Origin: a virus
Strand: one strand, 5' to 3'
Length of the DNA stretch: 64,000 nucleotides
Virus record (IMG/VR): IMGVR_UViG_3300021400_000026
The notes under the pieces are model-generated. The model did no database searches. It saw nothing but the letters and a program-made list of their open reading frames with translations, and was not told where the DNA came from. The position numbers and the translations under genes were made by a program. This document shows, in pieces, positions 44,758 to 53,626 of the stretch. Each line of letters starts with the position of its first letter. Positions within the stretch are counted from its first letter, which is position 1.

Positions 44758-45549
44758 TTATTTTCCCATCTGGGGTTTACTCCACAATTCCTCGTTCTGT
44801 TTCAGCCATTCGGCCTGCTGCTTCAGGGTGGCATTCTTCCAGCTTGCACTGCCGAGGTGTACCACCATCGGACGGATGTCAACGTGCAGACCTTTCAGTC
44901 GTGGGCGATGGGTAAGCACGTCCTCCAGCAGGCTTGCGCCGGTGTCGTACCAGTTTTGAGGGTTGTCCTCACCCTTGTGGAGCATCCACGAGCGGTCGGG
45001 ATCGAAGTAGTTCACGCCCTCTGCCCGGAACTTCGGCACGTTGAAGTAGCACAGCATCGGCAGTATGCGACCACGCCCGAAACGGTTTCCGCGCTGCTGC
45101 TTCTGAACATAACCGCAGAAGGAATACTCCTCACGCCACAGGGTGCTGATGTCGGCTTTCACGAGGATGTCGCTCTCCACGAGAATGAATCCGTCCGGCA
45201 GCTGCTCCCAAAGTTTCTGCACGGTCATCATGTGACGGTCCGAGCCCCACAGGTTTACTTCGCCGTGCGGCTTGTGGCGGTCGGGGAAGGCCTGCAAAGC
45301 CTTGTCGAAGTCCACCTGCTGCCCCTTCGTATTGTCGATTATCTTCACGCCCTTCATGCGCTTCTTGAACGGGTGCGCCTCGATGGTGCGGGCAGGGAGT
45401 TCGTCACCGGCTGGCAGAGTCAAGTCCTGCGAATTGTCGAACACCACAATGGGCCACTCACAGCCGTGCTTCCTGATTGACAGGATGCAGCACTCCACCA
45501 GTTCCGGCGTGTTCAGGTTGATAATGGCGATGGTCTGTTTCTTCTTCAT
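44758..45549 (-). CDS. glycosyltransferase family 2-like
   Basis: N-terminus IAIINLNTPELVECCILSIRKHG...VVFDNS fits a GT-A fold start. Confidence 0.5.
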   Translation of the reverse strand: MKKKQTIAIINLNTPELVECCILSIRKHGCEWPIVVFDNSQDLTLPAGDELPARTIEAHPFKKRMKGVKIIDNTKGQQVDFDKALQAFPDRHKPHGEVNLWGSDRHMMTVQKLWEQLPDGFILVESDILVKADISTLWREEYSFCGYVQKQQRGNRFGRGRILPMLCYFNVPKFRAEGVNYFDPDRSWMLHKGEDNPQNWYDTGASLLEDVLTHRPRLKGLHVDIRPMVVHLGSASWKNATLKQQAEWLKQNEELWSKPQMGK

Positions 45550-46049
45550 AGTCCGAAATATTTGCGAATGTTAAACTTCCCGTCCTGGTCTTCCAGTCGG
45601 TTCACGGCCAGTTTATACACCAGCCTGAGCAGCCGCTCGTCGCGGTCGTTGGCGTGGATGGCCTCTTTGAGAGATTCGCCCTCGTCGCTCTGAATCATCA
45701 GCATCGTCGTAAGCAGGGCGTAGTGGTTGAAGTGTGGCGGCACGTCGGCGGGCAGTCCCATCGACTGAAGCGAGGCCGTGAGGCCCTGCATCGTCCATGT
45801 TGGCTGTGGCACCATCTGGGCCACTATGTTCTTGGCCTCCTGTTCGGTCAGCCGGTTGGCGTAGTCGGTGGCGGAGTCTTCGTCGAGCAAGGCGAGTGCC
45901 TGTGCGGCCACTTGCGGCTCATACTTGAACATCCACCCCATCACGCGCTTCACCATTGCGCCCAGACGCTCCATCTGGCGGGTGTCGCCGCTCTGGATGA
46001 TGCTGTCGTATCGGACGAGAAATTGTTGTTCCATCTGTTGCTTGTCCAT
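45546..46049 (-). CDS. hypothetical protein
   Basis: 167-aa track ORF. Confidence 0.6.
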   Translation of the reverse strand: MDKQQMEQQFLVRYDSIIQSGDTRQMERLGAMVKRVMGWMFKYEPQVAAQALALLDEDSATDYANRLTEQEAKNIVAQMVPQPTWTMQGLTASLQSMGLPADVPPHFNHYALLTTMLMIQSDEGESLKEAIHANDRDERLLRLVYKLAVNRLEDQDGKFNIRKYFGL

Positions 46050-46054
46050 AGTCT

Positions 46055-46387
46055 TTATTGTCTGATTTCTTGTGCGATGATTTGTATCTGATTGTCTTGG
46101 CGGTCTTCCTGGAATTGGAGTATCTGGTATGTCTTCCCGCCCGAACGCAGACGACAGTCACGGTTCACGATGTCGTTCCACCTCATGCGGATCATCACCA
46201 CGTCGTAGGCTTCCAGTGCGCCTTCCTGCATGGGTCGTGCACCCTTCGTCCACGTCACGGCAGCCCACACACAGGCGGCCGTCTCGAACACTGGCTCACC
46301 CGAGCCGCGTCCGCGTTCGCCGGAGGTTGCCCGCTGACGGGTCAATATCTCCACTCTGTCCTTGAGCATTCCACTTGAATATGCCAT
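46055..46387 (-). CDS. head-tail adaptor / head closure protein (gp16-like)
   Basis: 110 aa. The pattern ...VWAAVTWTKG...MIRMRW...YQILQ resembles the head-tail joining family. Confidence 0.5.
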   Translation of the reverse strand: MAYSSGMLKDRVEILTRQRATSGERGRGSGEPVFETAACVWAAVTWTKGARPMQEGALEAYDVVMIRMRWNDIVNRDCRLRSGGKTYQILQFQEDRQDNQIQIIAQEIRQ

Positions 46388-46453
46388 ACGCTATTCGGTT
46401 GAATTAGTACCTTGGGTTTACTGCATGAAACTTACCTACCTTTCTTTGTTGCT

Positions 46454-46552
46454 CTTAGTAGGGTATCTTTCGGAAGAATCCCTATATTCTTGTCGGAGAA
46501 TAACTATGTTCTTGTCAGAGAATAACTATGTTCTTGCCAGAGAATAACTATC
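46454..46552. repeat. TTAGTAGGG element + 3 tandem 22-bp repeats
   Basis: CTTAGTAGGGTATCTTTCGGAAGAATCCCTAT at 46454, then TTCTTGTCGGAGAATAACTATG x3 (46487, 46509, 46531). The last copy overlaps the portal stop. Confidence 0.85.
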
Positions 46553-47963
46553 AACTTTCCTCGCCCTCCTTTGGTGGTTCCTGCACGGTGTAACTGCCCG
46601 GCTTCAATTCCGTTGCGCCCTCGCTCTTGGCGATGAGAGCCTTCAGCGTCATCAGGTTGGCACTGGCCAGCGGCTCGTCGCCGTTCTCCACTGCCGGGCG
46701 GTCGTACTGCTGTCTGATCTCGTTGATGGTCGAAGCACCCGTCTGGAGCATAATCTGGTCAACCTTCGCCTGAGCCTCCTTGTCAAGCCGCATGAGTGGC
46801 TGTTCGCACATGTGGAACCGTCGCATTCCGAAGTCGTACTGGTTCAGCAGCTTGGAGTTGAACTCCTGCTCAATCTCCGTGATGTCGGGCTGAATGGTCC
46901 ATTGCAGCAACTCCATTCGTGCGTTCTGATAGGTCGTGTAATGCGAGTTGGTATCTTCCATCAGCAGCGGACGTTGAACACCGTAATACCTACAAACGTC
47001 GTTGATACCCATTCCTAACACCTCAATCATCTGCTGGTCTTGTGCCGACATGCTGATGTTGTGGAGGGCAGACAGTCCACGGATGCCCACCACGTCCTGC
47101 TGGTACATCTTCGTGTTCAGTTCCTTGGCGTAGGAGTCAATCTGTTCCTTGTTCAACAGTCCGAATGACAGCGTACCGGCACCCTGCGCCGGCTTCTCCT
47201 CACCGATGATGAGTTTCACGCGTCCGCCCTTCGCAGCCGTTTCCAGTGCCTGGTTCGTTTCCGTCTTGATGAGCGAGAGCGTGTCAAAGGCATAGTGAAG
47301 CGTGGAGATACCCCAGCCGTTGGTCATCTTGTAGGTGTTGGGGATGTGGATCACGTCCGATGCTTCCACTGCATCAATATTCATGATGCCCCGGCGGGTG
47401 TAGTATTGCACACGATATGTGCCGTTGGCTTCATTGTAGCCGGCACCGAAGCAGAGCCACAATGCCACGGGCCATCCCCGGTCGTCGCGCTCGATGTAGG
47501 CGATGCCGTTGCCGTTCTGGAGTTTCGAGATGACCAGCCCCTGCATGAAGGCCGAAGCCGTCATCATCGGGTTCGGACGGACTTGCAGCAGGTAGTTCAA
47601 CTGCTGCCCATAGGTGACATACTGACTGCACACGGCTCCCACTTCAGGAACGAAATTACCGCCCTTTTTGTCGAGTTTCTGATACTGGAGCATAAACTGC
47701 CCCTCCGTCTTGGCTATCAACCCGACGGCACGATAGACGGCGGGAACGGTCAGTGCTGCCTGTGGCGTCAGCACATGGCGGATGTGCGACTGGAACGAGC
47801 CGCTTTCGCCCGTAGCCTTGCTGCTGGTGGTTTCCGGCTCAGCCACATTCGTCTGGTCAGTGGTCTCGCGTACAGCCATTAACGGCATGTCGTCCACCGC
47901 CTCGCGCTGAAAACTATTGAATCTTGAAAAATTGCTCATATACGTCTTTTTCAAATCGGTCAT
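46551..47963 (-). CDS. portal protein
   Basis: 470 aa, called from size and position in the head module. Confidence 0.7.
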   Translation of the reverse strand: MTDLKKTYMSNFSRFNSFQREAVDDMPLMAVRETTDQTNVAEPETTSSKATGESGSFQSHIRHVLTPQAALTVPAVYRAVGLIAKTEGQFMLQYQKLDKKGGNFVPEVGAVCSQYVTYGQQLNYLLQVRPNPMMTASAFMQGLVISKLQNGNGIAYIERDDRGWPVALWLCFGAGYNEANGTYRVQYYTRRGIMNIDAVEASDVIHIPNTYKMTNGWGISTLHYAFDTLSLIKTETNQALETAAKGGRVKLIIGEEKPAQGAGTLSFGLLNKEQIDSYAKELNTKMYQQDVVGIRGLSALHNISMSAQDQQMIEVLGMGINDVCRYYGVQRPLLMEDTNSHYTTYQNARMELLQWTIQPDITEIEQEFNSKLLNQYDFGMRRFHMCEQPLMRLDKEAQAKVDQIMLQTGASTINEIRQQYDRPAVENGDEPLASANLMTLKALIAKSEGATELKPGSYTVQEPPKEGEES

Positions 47964-48015
47964 TTTGCCGTTATGGGTTTACCCGTCGGCACGGAGCCGA
48001 CGGGCACACGATGGA

Positions 48016-48360
48016 CTACACGTCGATGCTCTCGGCAAACTCATTGTAAGCCTTGAACTCGGCATATTCAGCTGAGTCATACTGCAACGTGGCCTTCAGC
48101 ACCTTGGCCAGCGTCTTGCGCAGGATTTTGGTTTCGTCGCCGTCGGGGTGAATCTCGCTGATGACGGAATCCTTTACCTTGTGCGGGTCGCGGGCGTCGG
48201 GCACCTGATAGATGTCGTACTGATACTCAGTGCGCTCTTCCTGTGTCTCAGGGTCGGTCACCTTGACCTCGCGCTCGTTGGTGAACACCTCACCGCTGTT
48301 GTCACCGGTGAGCTTGTGCAGGCCGAGTGCCTGCTTCTCAGGGAAATTAGCTGTGTACAT
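48016..48360 (-). CDS. hypothetical acidic protein
   Basis: 114 aa. Not Avd-like (acidic, no four-helix pattern). Confidence 0.6.
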   Translation of the reverse strand: MYTANFPEKQALGLHKLTGDNSGEVFTNEREVKVTDPETQEERTEYQYDIYQVPDARDPHKVKDSVISEIHPDGDETKILRKTLAKVLKATLQYDSAEYAEFKAYNEFAESIDV

Positions 48361-48368
48361 AATCGTTG

Positions 48369-49706
48369 TTATTTAGGGATATTGAATTGTTTGCGAATCA
48401 TTTCCTCTTCCTCGGCGTCGGTATATACCGTGCCGTCGTAATAAAAACCGCTCCAGTCGTGTACTATCTTCATGTCGCGCATGGGAATGTCATTCCGTGT
48501 CTTCGTGTCGAGATACTTGCATATCTTCTGTGCGCCCGTCGAATAGACTATCAGTCCCAGCCCGTCAGCAAGTGCCTGAATGTGGTAGTAACTGTCGCAG
48601 TCCTTCTGGTTGCTGCTGCGCTTCTGGAAGTCAACGATGGTGTGGGGGATGCCCTCCATCGTCTCAATCTTCATGGGTCGCCCGGCAAAGGGGCGACGGA
48701 TTTTCTCGCTCATAGTTCTGTTGTCTTGATATTGTACTCGTTTCTTCAGTTCCTTCGTGTCGGCTACTTCGATGATGCCCTTGTACGAGCCCATGCTGCG
48801 CTCACGATGACGAGCCTTCACGTATCGTTTCTTAGTGTCTTGTGTCAGGTGGACAAAACCGCGCCCGTACTGGTAGCCGCAGAAGATGATGGGCTGATAC
48901 TCTTTGCCAGGCTTAGCCTCGATGGGGCGCACATACATCGGCTTGTAGTGCAGTCGCATCTGTCTTGCCCATATTCGCATGTCGCGGCGCAGATTCTCCA
49001 GTGTCTTCTTGTCGCGGCTGAAGGCGATGAAATCGTCGGCAAAATTGACTACCTTGATACGATCGCCATATTTCTCTTTAGCCTTGCGGATGATGACGCT
49101 CATGTTCAGGTTGGCGATGAGGTGCGAGAAGGGGTCACCGATGGCGAGCCGCTTCTGGTTGAACAGATGCTGACGGATCACCGCCCTTGTGCGCTTATCC
49201 TTCACCTGTCGCTCTATCAACTTCATGCTGATTACGTTATCAACGTTGTCATAGAACTTGGAGATGTCGCCTTGCAGATAGTGCGTCAGGCTTCGGTCAT
49301 TCAGCAGCACTCGCATTCGTGCCACTACCTGGTGTCGCTTGTCTCTGGCGAGTACGCCGCAGCCGGGCAGACCGCCCAGCATGTCATCGGTCATCTGTCG
49401 CAGGATGAGCGGCTCGATGGCATCCTTCACAGCATTCTGCACACAGCGGTCTTCATAGGGCAGTACGCTGATGTCGCGTTCCTTCTTCTTGTCGCGCAGG
49501 CGGAAGTGGCGGTAGGGGCCAACGGCATAGGAGCCGTCACGCAGTTCAGCCTGCTTGCGCTGGCAGAAACCGTCCACGTCACGCATCACGCGGCGCACCT
49601 CGCGTTTCTTGCGCTGCTGTGCGGTCTTGGCCATGTATGCGTCGTTGGTTGCGGCATAGAGGCCGTTGACAGTGTTGTGCCATGTACTGATGCTCATACT
49701 CTTCAT
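48369..49706 (-). CDS. DGR reverse transcriptase
   Basis: RT motifs RDISVLPYEDRCVQNAV, LQGDISKFYDNVD, LAIGDPFSHLIANL and NFADDFIAF. The adjacent TR/VR pair shows A-specific mismatches. Confidence 0.9.
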   Translation of the reverse strand: MKSMSISTWHNTVNGLYAATNDAYMAKTAQQRKKREVRRVMRDVDGFCQRKQAELRDGSYAVGPYRHFRLRDKKKERDISVLPYEDRCVQNAVKDAIEPLILRQMTDDMLGGLPGCGVLARDKRHQVVARMRVLLNDRSLTHYLQGDISKFYDNVDNVISMKLIERQVKDKRTRAVIRQHLFNQKRLAIGDPFSHLIANLNMSVIIRKAKEKYGDRIKVVNFADDFIAFSRDKKTLENLRRDMRIWARQMRLHYKPMYVRPIEAKPGKEYQPIIFCGYQYGRGFVHLTQDTKKRYVKARHRERSMGSYKGIIEVADTKELKKRVQYQDNRTMSEKIRRPFAGRPMKIETMEGIPHTIVDFQKRSSNQKDCDSYYHIQALADGLGLIVYSTGAQKICKYLDTKTRNDIPMRDMKIVHDWSGFYYDGTVYTDAEEEEMIRKQFNIPK

Positions 49707-49911
49707 TTGTTTGTTCTTGACCTGCTGCGCCGATTGTCACTTTTGACTATGTGACAGCCTACCCTTTCCTTTGCTATTGCTTGCACGGTCGGCTGGTGGT
49801 CTTGGCACCTTTTCTTTGCGTTGTTTCGCTCTCCATCGTCAGCGAGGCTCTGCACCTGCCTCTTTGGTTGCAGGTCACAACCGCGAGGGCTTATTGGTTT
49901 TGTTTGCGTAT

Positions 49912-50024
49912 CAGTTGCCGAAGCCGATGTTCGTGTTCGCGTTCGAGGGCGAGTTGTTAGCGTTCATCGTCAACGGAGACAGGTTCGTGTTGTTAGCGTT
50001 GTTGCCGCGGCGAAAACCACGAAC
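49912..50024 (-). repeat. DGR template repeat (TR)
   Basis: 113 bp, 98/113 identical to the VR. On the coding strand it reads VRGFRRGNNANNTNLSPLTMNANNSPSNANTNIGFGN (AAC-rich). Confidence 0.9.
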
Positions 50025-50195
50025 CGACGGATCAGTGCAGCCGCCTTATCATTCTGTGAAAGAACTCAACCTCACCACCTGACGGGTACTCCGATTCCCT
50101 TGTGCGCTTTGGTCGGTGGCCTGGATTTCTGCATCAACGATGTCGCACCACATCTCCACACTATGCTGTCGATTCCTCGTATTGGGTTTACCAGA

Positions 50196-50237
50196 CAAAA
50201 AAACCGAGGCCACCCCACCATCGGGATGACCTCGGTT
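50196..50237 (-). terminator. intrinsic terminator between target gene and TR
   Basis: On the minus strand, AACCGAGG-20 nt-CCTCGGTT followed by TTTTTTT. Confidence 0.65.
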
Positions 50238-50403
50238 TCTGAATTTTCCACCCGCGACCTCCTTGAGGCGGTATCTTCACCCCTCCTTTCAGTCTGGGCC
50301 GCGCTGTCGCGCGGGTTTTCGTTTTCGGCCCTCACTACGTTCGGGCGGTTTACGTTTTCTTTTTCGGACGGGTCACTCACTTCGCTCGTGACGGACGTTT
50401 ACG

Positions 50404-52779
50404 TTAGCGAAGGCTGCAGCAGGTGCCGAAGCCGATGTACGTGCCCGCGTTCGAGGGCGAGGTGCTAGCGCCCATCGTCAACGGAGACAGGGACGTGAGG
50501 TTAGCGCAGGTGCCGCGGCGAAAACCACGAACACCCTTCTTACCTGCTGGTGCTGCGCCGCCCGTGAACCAATTGTACTTACCCACGTAGGTATGCAGAC
50601 CTGCGCCGGTCTTCAGGTCGTTGGTACGAGGCAGCATGAATGCACCGTCGAGATAGTCGCGGGCGCAGCCTTCGCCTGCTGCCACCTCCAGCACCATTGG
50701 GTAGCGATCTTCGAAATCAAAGGTGCTCTCTACATTGATGTCTCCTCTGACTGTCTTGAGCAGTTCGGCCTGGTTGCGCTCTAAGAAGCAGCGGTAGTTG
50801 CGGTTCTCATCCTCGGTCATCACCAGTCCGCTGACCCACCACGATGGCGACACTTGGGTGGTAACGCCGTGGAGCAGAGCCGTGGAGAAGATGAAGTCGA
50901 TACGCTTGCCAGTGAGATGCGTAGAACCGTCGGCGGGATCGATGGCGGCATTGGTGAACTGAGAAGAGAGTACCTTCCACACCACGCAGGTCATCTCGCC
51001 CTGGCCGGGGCCACGGAAGCCGGGCACGGAGCGATACTTGTACTTGTTGCCCTCGAAGACAAACCACTCCAGCTCTCCCACTCCCTTGCGCACGGCATAC
51101 GACACAGCCCTGTGAGCCTCCATCACGTGCCACGGATTGCGCCAAGAGTTGACCATCGCGCCCGTATATTGATCGGTGATGCCGAAGGCATTGTTGACGT
51201 TGAGATTCAGATACACGAGGTTATCCTGTCCGTTGACGTAGCGCAGGCCGTTGCGGGCTTCCGAGCCGGCTGCCTCAAACACGGCGGCGTTGGCTCCATC
51301 GTTGCTCGAGAATCCGCTGCCCATGAGCGCGGCATTGTGGGCATTGAAGGTGCCACCCTCCGCGAGCAGCAGAGCCTGGAGGTTGTTGCATGCCTCCGCC
51401 GTCTGGTTCATGAATGGCACGGTCTTGGTGGTATCGGGGTTCATGTTCATCGCCCGCTGCTCGCCGTCTGGCAGGCTGAGGTCAGTGGTATGCAGACCAC
51501 CTGCGCCGCCCAGTAGGGTGGCCTCCGAGTCGTATTCCTCGGTGATGGCTCCAGTTTCCTCGTTCTGATGGTAGATATACTTTCCGACCATCGCCACGGG
51601 GGCTGTATATGAGCCGTTCCAGGTCGGATTGTAAACTGAGTGCATGCGAGTCACGTTGTCGGTGTCCTGATGTGCCACGCAGTAGTCGGGTGACATGCCG
51701 CCACGGTCTATCTCCTCGGCATCGTAGCCGTGCCATGTGAACGGCTCGCGTGACATGAGGAACACGTCGTACTCCTGCCCCTCCACGGTGAAGTGGCCTG
51801 CCAGACGGTAGTACTTCTCGATGTTGCAAACCATCACGTCGCCCTCCGAGCCGTCGATGGCGTGCTGATTGTTTGCGATGTCGAGGGCATGGCCTGTGCC
51901 GTCCTCGTAGCCCAGCTTCTGTAGGACGAAAAGAACCTTGCCAATCTGGTCGTCGTTGCCAGAAAGCTTTGTGCCTACCAGACAGGGGTAGAAGATCGAG
52001 AATGCCGATTCGCGGCTGAAGCCTCCCTCCTCGTTGAACTTGTAGTGACGGTAGCTCAGCGCGGGCGATGACGAGCCGGCCACGCGCACGTATCCCTCAG
52101 CCAGCGTCTCGATGTCGGCCACCACGGACTGAAGAGCGGAGATGGCATCGGCATTGGCTTTCTCAGCAGTTTCTGCGCGGGTCTTCTCGGCAGCCACGGC
52201 ATTGCTGATAGCCGTGTTCATCTGCGTGGTGGTGCTATAAGACGTAAGGGCTTGGGCAATGGCGACATTCATCTGTGCTGTCGTCGAGTACGAAGTCAGT
52301 GCGGTGGCGATGGCGGATGATACCTGTGCGGCGGTCTGTTTCTGTGCCAGCAGGTTGTCCACTTGCGTCTTGTTATAGTATGACTCCAATGCCGTGCTGA
52401 TAGCCGTCGAAATCTGCGTGGATAGGTTCGCGGCCGTGGGCAGCGCGTCGAGCTTAGTCTTCAGCGCAGAAGTGAAGTCTTCGGTGGAGAGCTGCTTGCC
52501 GCTCACCTTGTCCACCTTGTTCGCCAGAAGATTGTCAGTGGCGGTCTTGGTGTAGTAGGCTGTCAGTGCGCTGGTGATGGCCGTACTGATGGCGGCGTTC
52601 ATCTGCTCGGTAGTAGAATAGGGTTCAAGCGCGGTGTTGATGAGCGTCTGCACCTGCTCGGAGTTTACGAATGCCTCGATAGCCTCCTGGATGGCGGCGA
52701 TGGCTTCGGCATGCTGCGGCACGAGGTTCAGTCGCTGCTGCACCTGTTCGCCGGTAAGGGTCAAATCGAAATCTGCCAT
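50404..52779 (-). CDS. DGR target: fibre-like receptor-binding protein
   Basis: 791 aa. N-terminal fibre-type repeats (TALTSYSTTAQMN...). The C-terminus ...VRGFRRGTCANLTSLSPLTMGASTSPSNAGTYIGFGTCCSLR carries the VR. Confidence 0.85.
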   Translation of the reverse strand: MADFDLTLTGEQVQQRLNLVPQHAEAIAAIQEAIEAFVNSEQVQTLINTALEPYSTTEQMNAAISTAITSALTAYYTKTATDNLLANKVDKVSGKQLSTEDFTSALKTKLDALPTAANLSTQISTAISTALESYYNKTQVDNLLAQKQTAAQVSSAIATALTSYSTTAQMNVAIAQALTSYSTTTQMNTAISNAVAAEKTRAETAEKANADAISALQSVVADIETLAEGYVRVAGSSSPALSYRHYKFNEEGGFSRESAFSIFYPCLVGTKLSGNDDQIGKVLFVLQKLGYEDGTGHALDIANNQHAIDGSEGDVMVCNIEKYYRLAGHFTVEGQEYDVFLMSREPFTWHGYDAEEIDRGGMSPDYCVAHQDTDNVTRMHSVYNPTWNGSYTAPVAMVGKYIYHQNEETGAITEEYDSEATLLGGAGGLHTTDLSLPDGEQRAMNMNPDTTKTVPFMNQTAEACNNLQALLLAEGGTFNAHNAALMGSGFSSNDGANAAVFEAAGSEARNGLRYVNGQDNLVYLNLNVNNAFGITDQYTGAMVNSWRNPWHVMEAHRAVSYAVRKGVGELEWFVFEGNKYKYRSVPGFRGPGQGEMTCVVWKVLSSQFTNAAIDPADGSTHLTGKRIDFIFSTALLHGVTTQVSPSWWVSGLVMTEDENRNYRCFLERNQAELLKTVRGDINVESTFDFEDRYPMVLEVAAGEGCARDYLDGAFMLPRTNDLKTGAGLHTYVGKYNWFTGGAAPAGKKGVRGFRRGTCANLTSLSPLTMGASTSPSNAGTYIGFGTCCSLR
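50420..50532 (-). repeat. DGR variable repeat (VR)
   Basis: Lies within the last 43 codons of the target gene. All 15 mismatches to the TR fall at TR adenines on the coding strand. Confidence 0.9.
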
Positions 52780-52801
52780 AATTCTTATGATTTTTTAGTT
52801 A

Positions 52802-53293
52802 CTAATTATTTTTCAAAACACGGAGCCGGAGACCGTTTACGTCGCGGAAGTAGTTCTGGAAGATGTCGCGCAGATAGCGGAACAGACTTCGCTTATCGCT
52901 GCGGAGCGTGCGCTCATAGGACACGTAGATACCCTGATAGATACCACCCTCGTCGCGCATCATCTGTGGCATCCTCGAACTGGTGTTCACGAAGCACAGC
53001 GGCTGCTGCTCCTTCTCTGTGCGGTAGCCGTCGGCATAGTCACCGTCGGGCACGTCGTAGGCACACTCCACCGTCACCACGCCAACCATGTCATTCGTCG
53101 GGAACGTAAAGAACCACTGGTCGGCCTCGTCTTTCATCATTTCCGACTTCTGTATCACGAGCGTCCGTCCCTGCATGCCCCATTTGAGGGTCACCGAAAA
53201 CGGGTTCTCTGACATGGAGAATCCTTCTCGCTCGATGGCGATGCGGTACTTTGCCTTCTCGCCTTGCTGAATGATGTTCTTGCTGTTGATCAT
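52802..53293 (-). CDS. hypothetical protein
   Basis: 163-aa track ORF. Confidence 0.65.
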   Translation of the reverse strand: MINSKNIIQQGEKAKYRIAIEREGFSMSENPFSVTLKWGMQGRTLVIQKSEMMKDEADQWFFTFPTNDMVGVVTVECAYDVPDGDYADGYRTEKEQQPLCFVNTSSRMPQMMRDEGGIYQGIYVSYERTLRSDKRSLFRYLRDIFQNYFRDVNGLRLRVLKNN

Positions 53294-53335
53294 ATCTAAG
53301 ATACTTTATATTTCACTTGTTTTGCCGTATCGGGT

Positions 53336-53626
53336 TTACTGCGGTATCCGTTCTTCAGCTGGATAGACCCTGAGAGCCTTGTCGCTGCTGTCGCGGAGCG
53401 TCAGCAGGTTCACGTCGCGGAGCGTCAGCATGCCCGTCTGCTGCACGATGGTGACTTGTGCCGAAGCCCGTCCGTCTGCCGTCCGTAAGGTAATGACTTG
53501 CTGGCGGTCACTGCCCAGATTGTCGGTGGTAGAACGAACGGTAACGACTCCATCACCTTGTCCGTCGTATGTCAGGATGATGTCGCCGTTGCCGTCGGTC
53601 CAGGGGATGGTGAGTGTCTTTGCCAT
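53336..53626 (-). CDS. BACON/Ig-like single-domain protein
   Basis: Pattern W..GNG...V....N.G..R...I. Confidence 0.5.
   Translation of the reverse strand: MAKTLTIPWTDGNGDIILTYDGQGDGVVTVRSTTDNLGSDRQQVITLRTADGRASAQVTIVQQTGMLTLRDVNLLTLRDSSDKALRVYPAEERIPQ

Noticed and set aside
50072-50380. 102-aa minus-strand ORF between VR and TR as a candidate Avd
   Set aside because: Its composition is low-complexity and charged, then Trp/Arg/Pro-rich. It runs straight through a strong terminator hairpin and shows no four-helix-bundle pattern.
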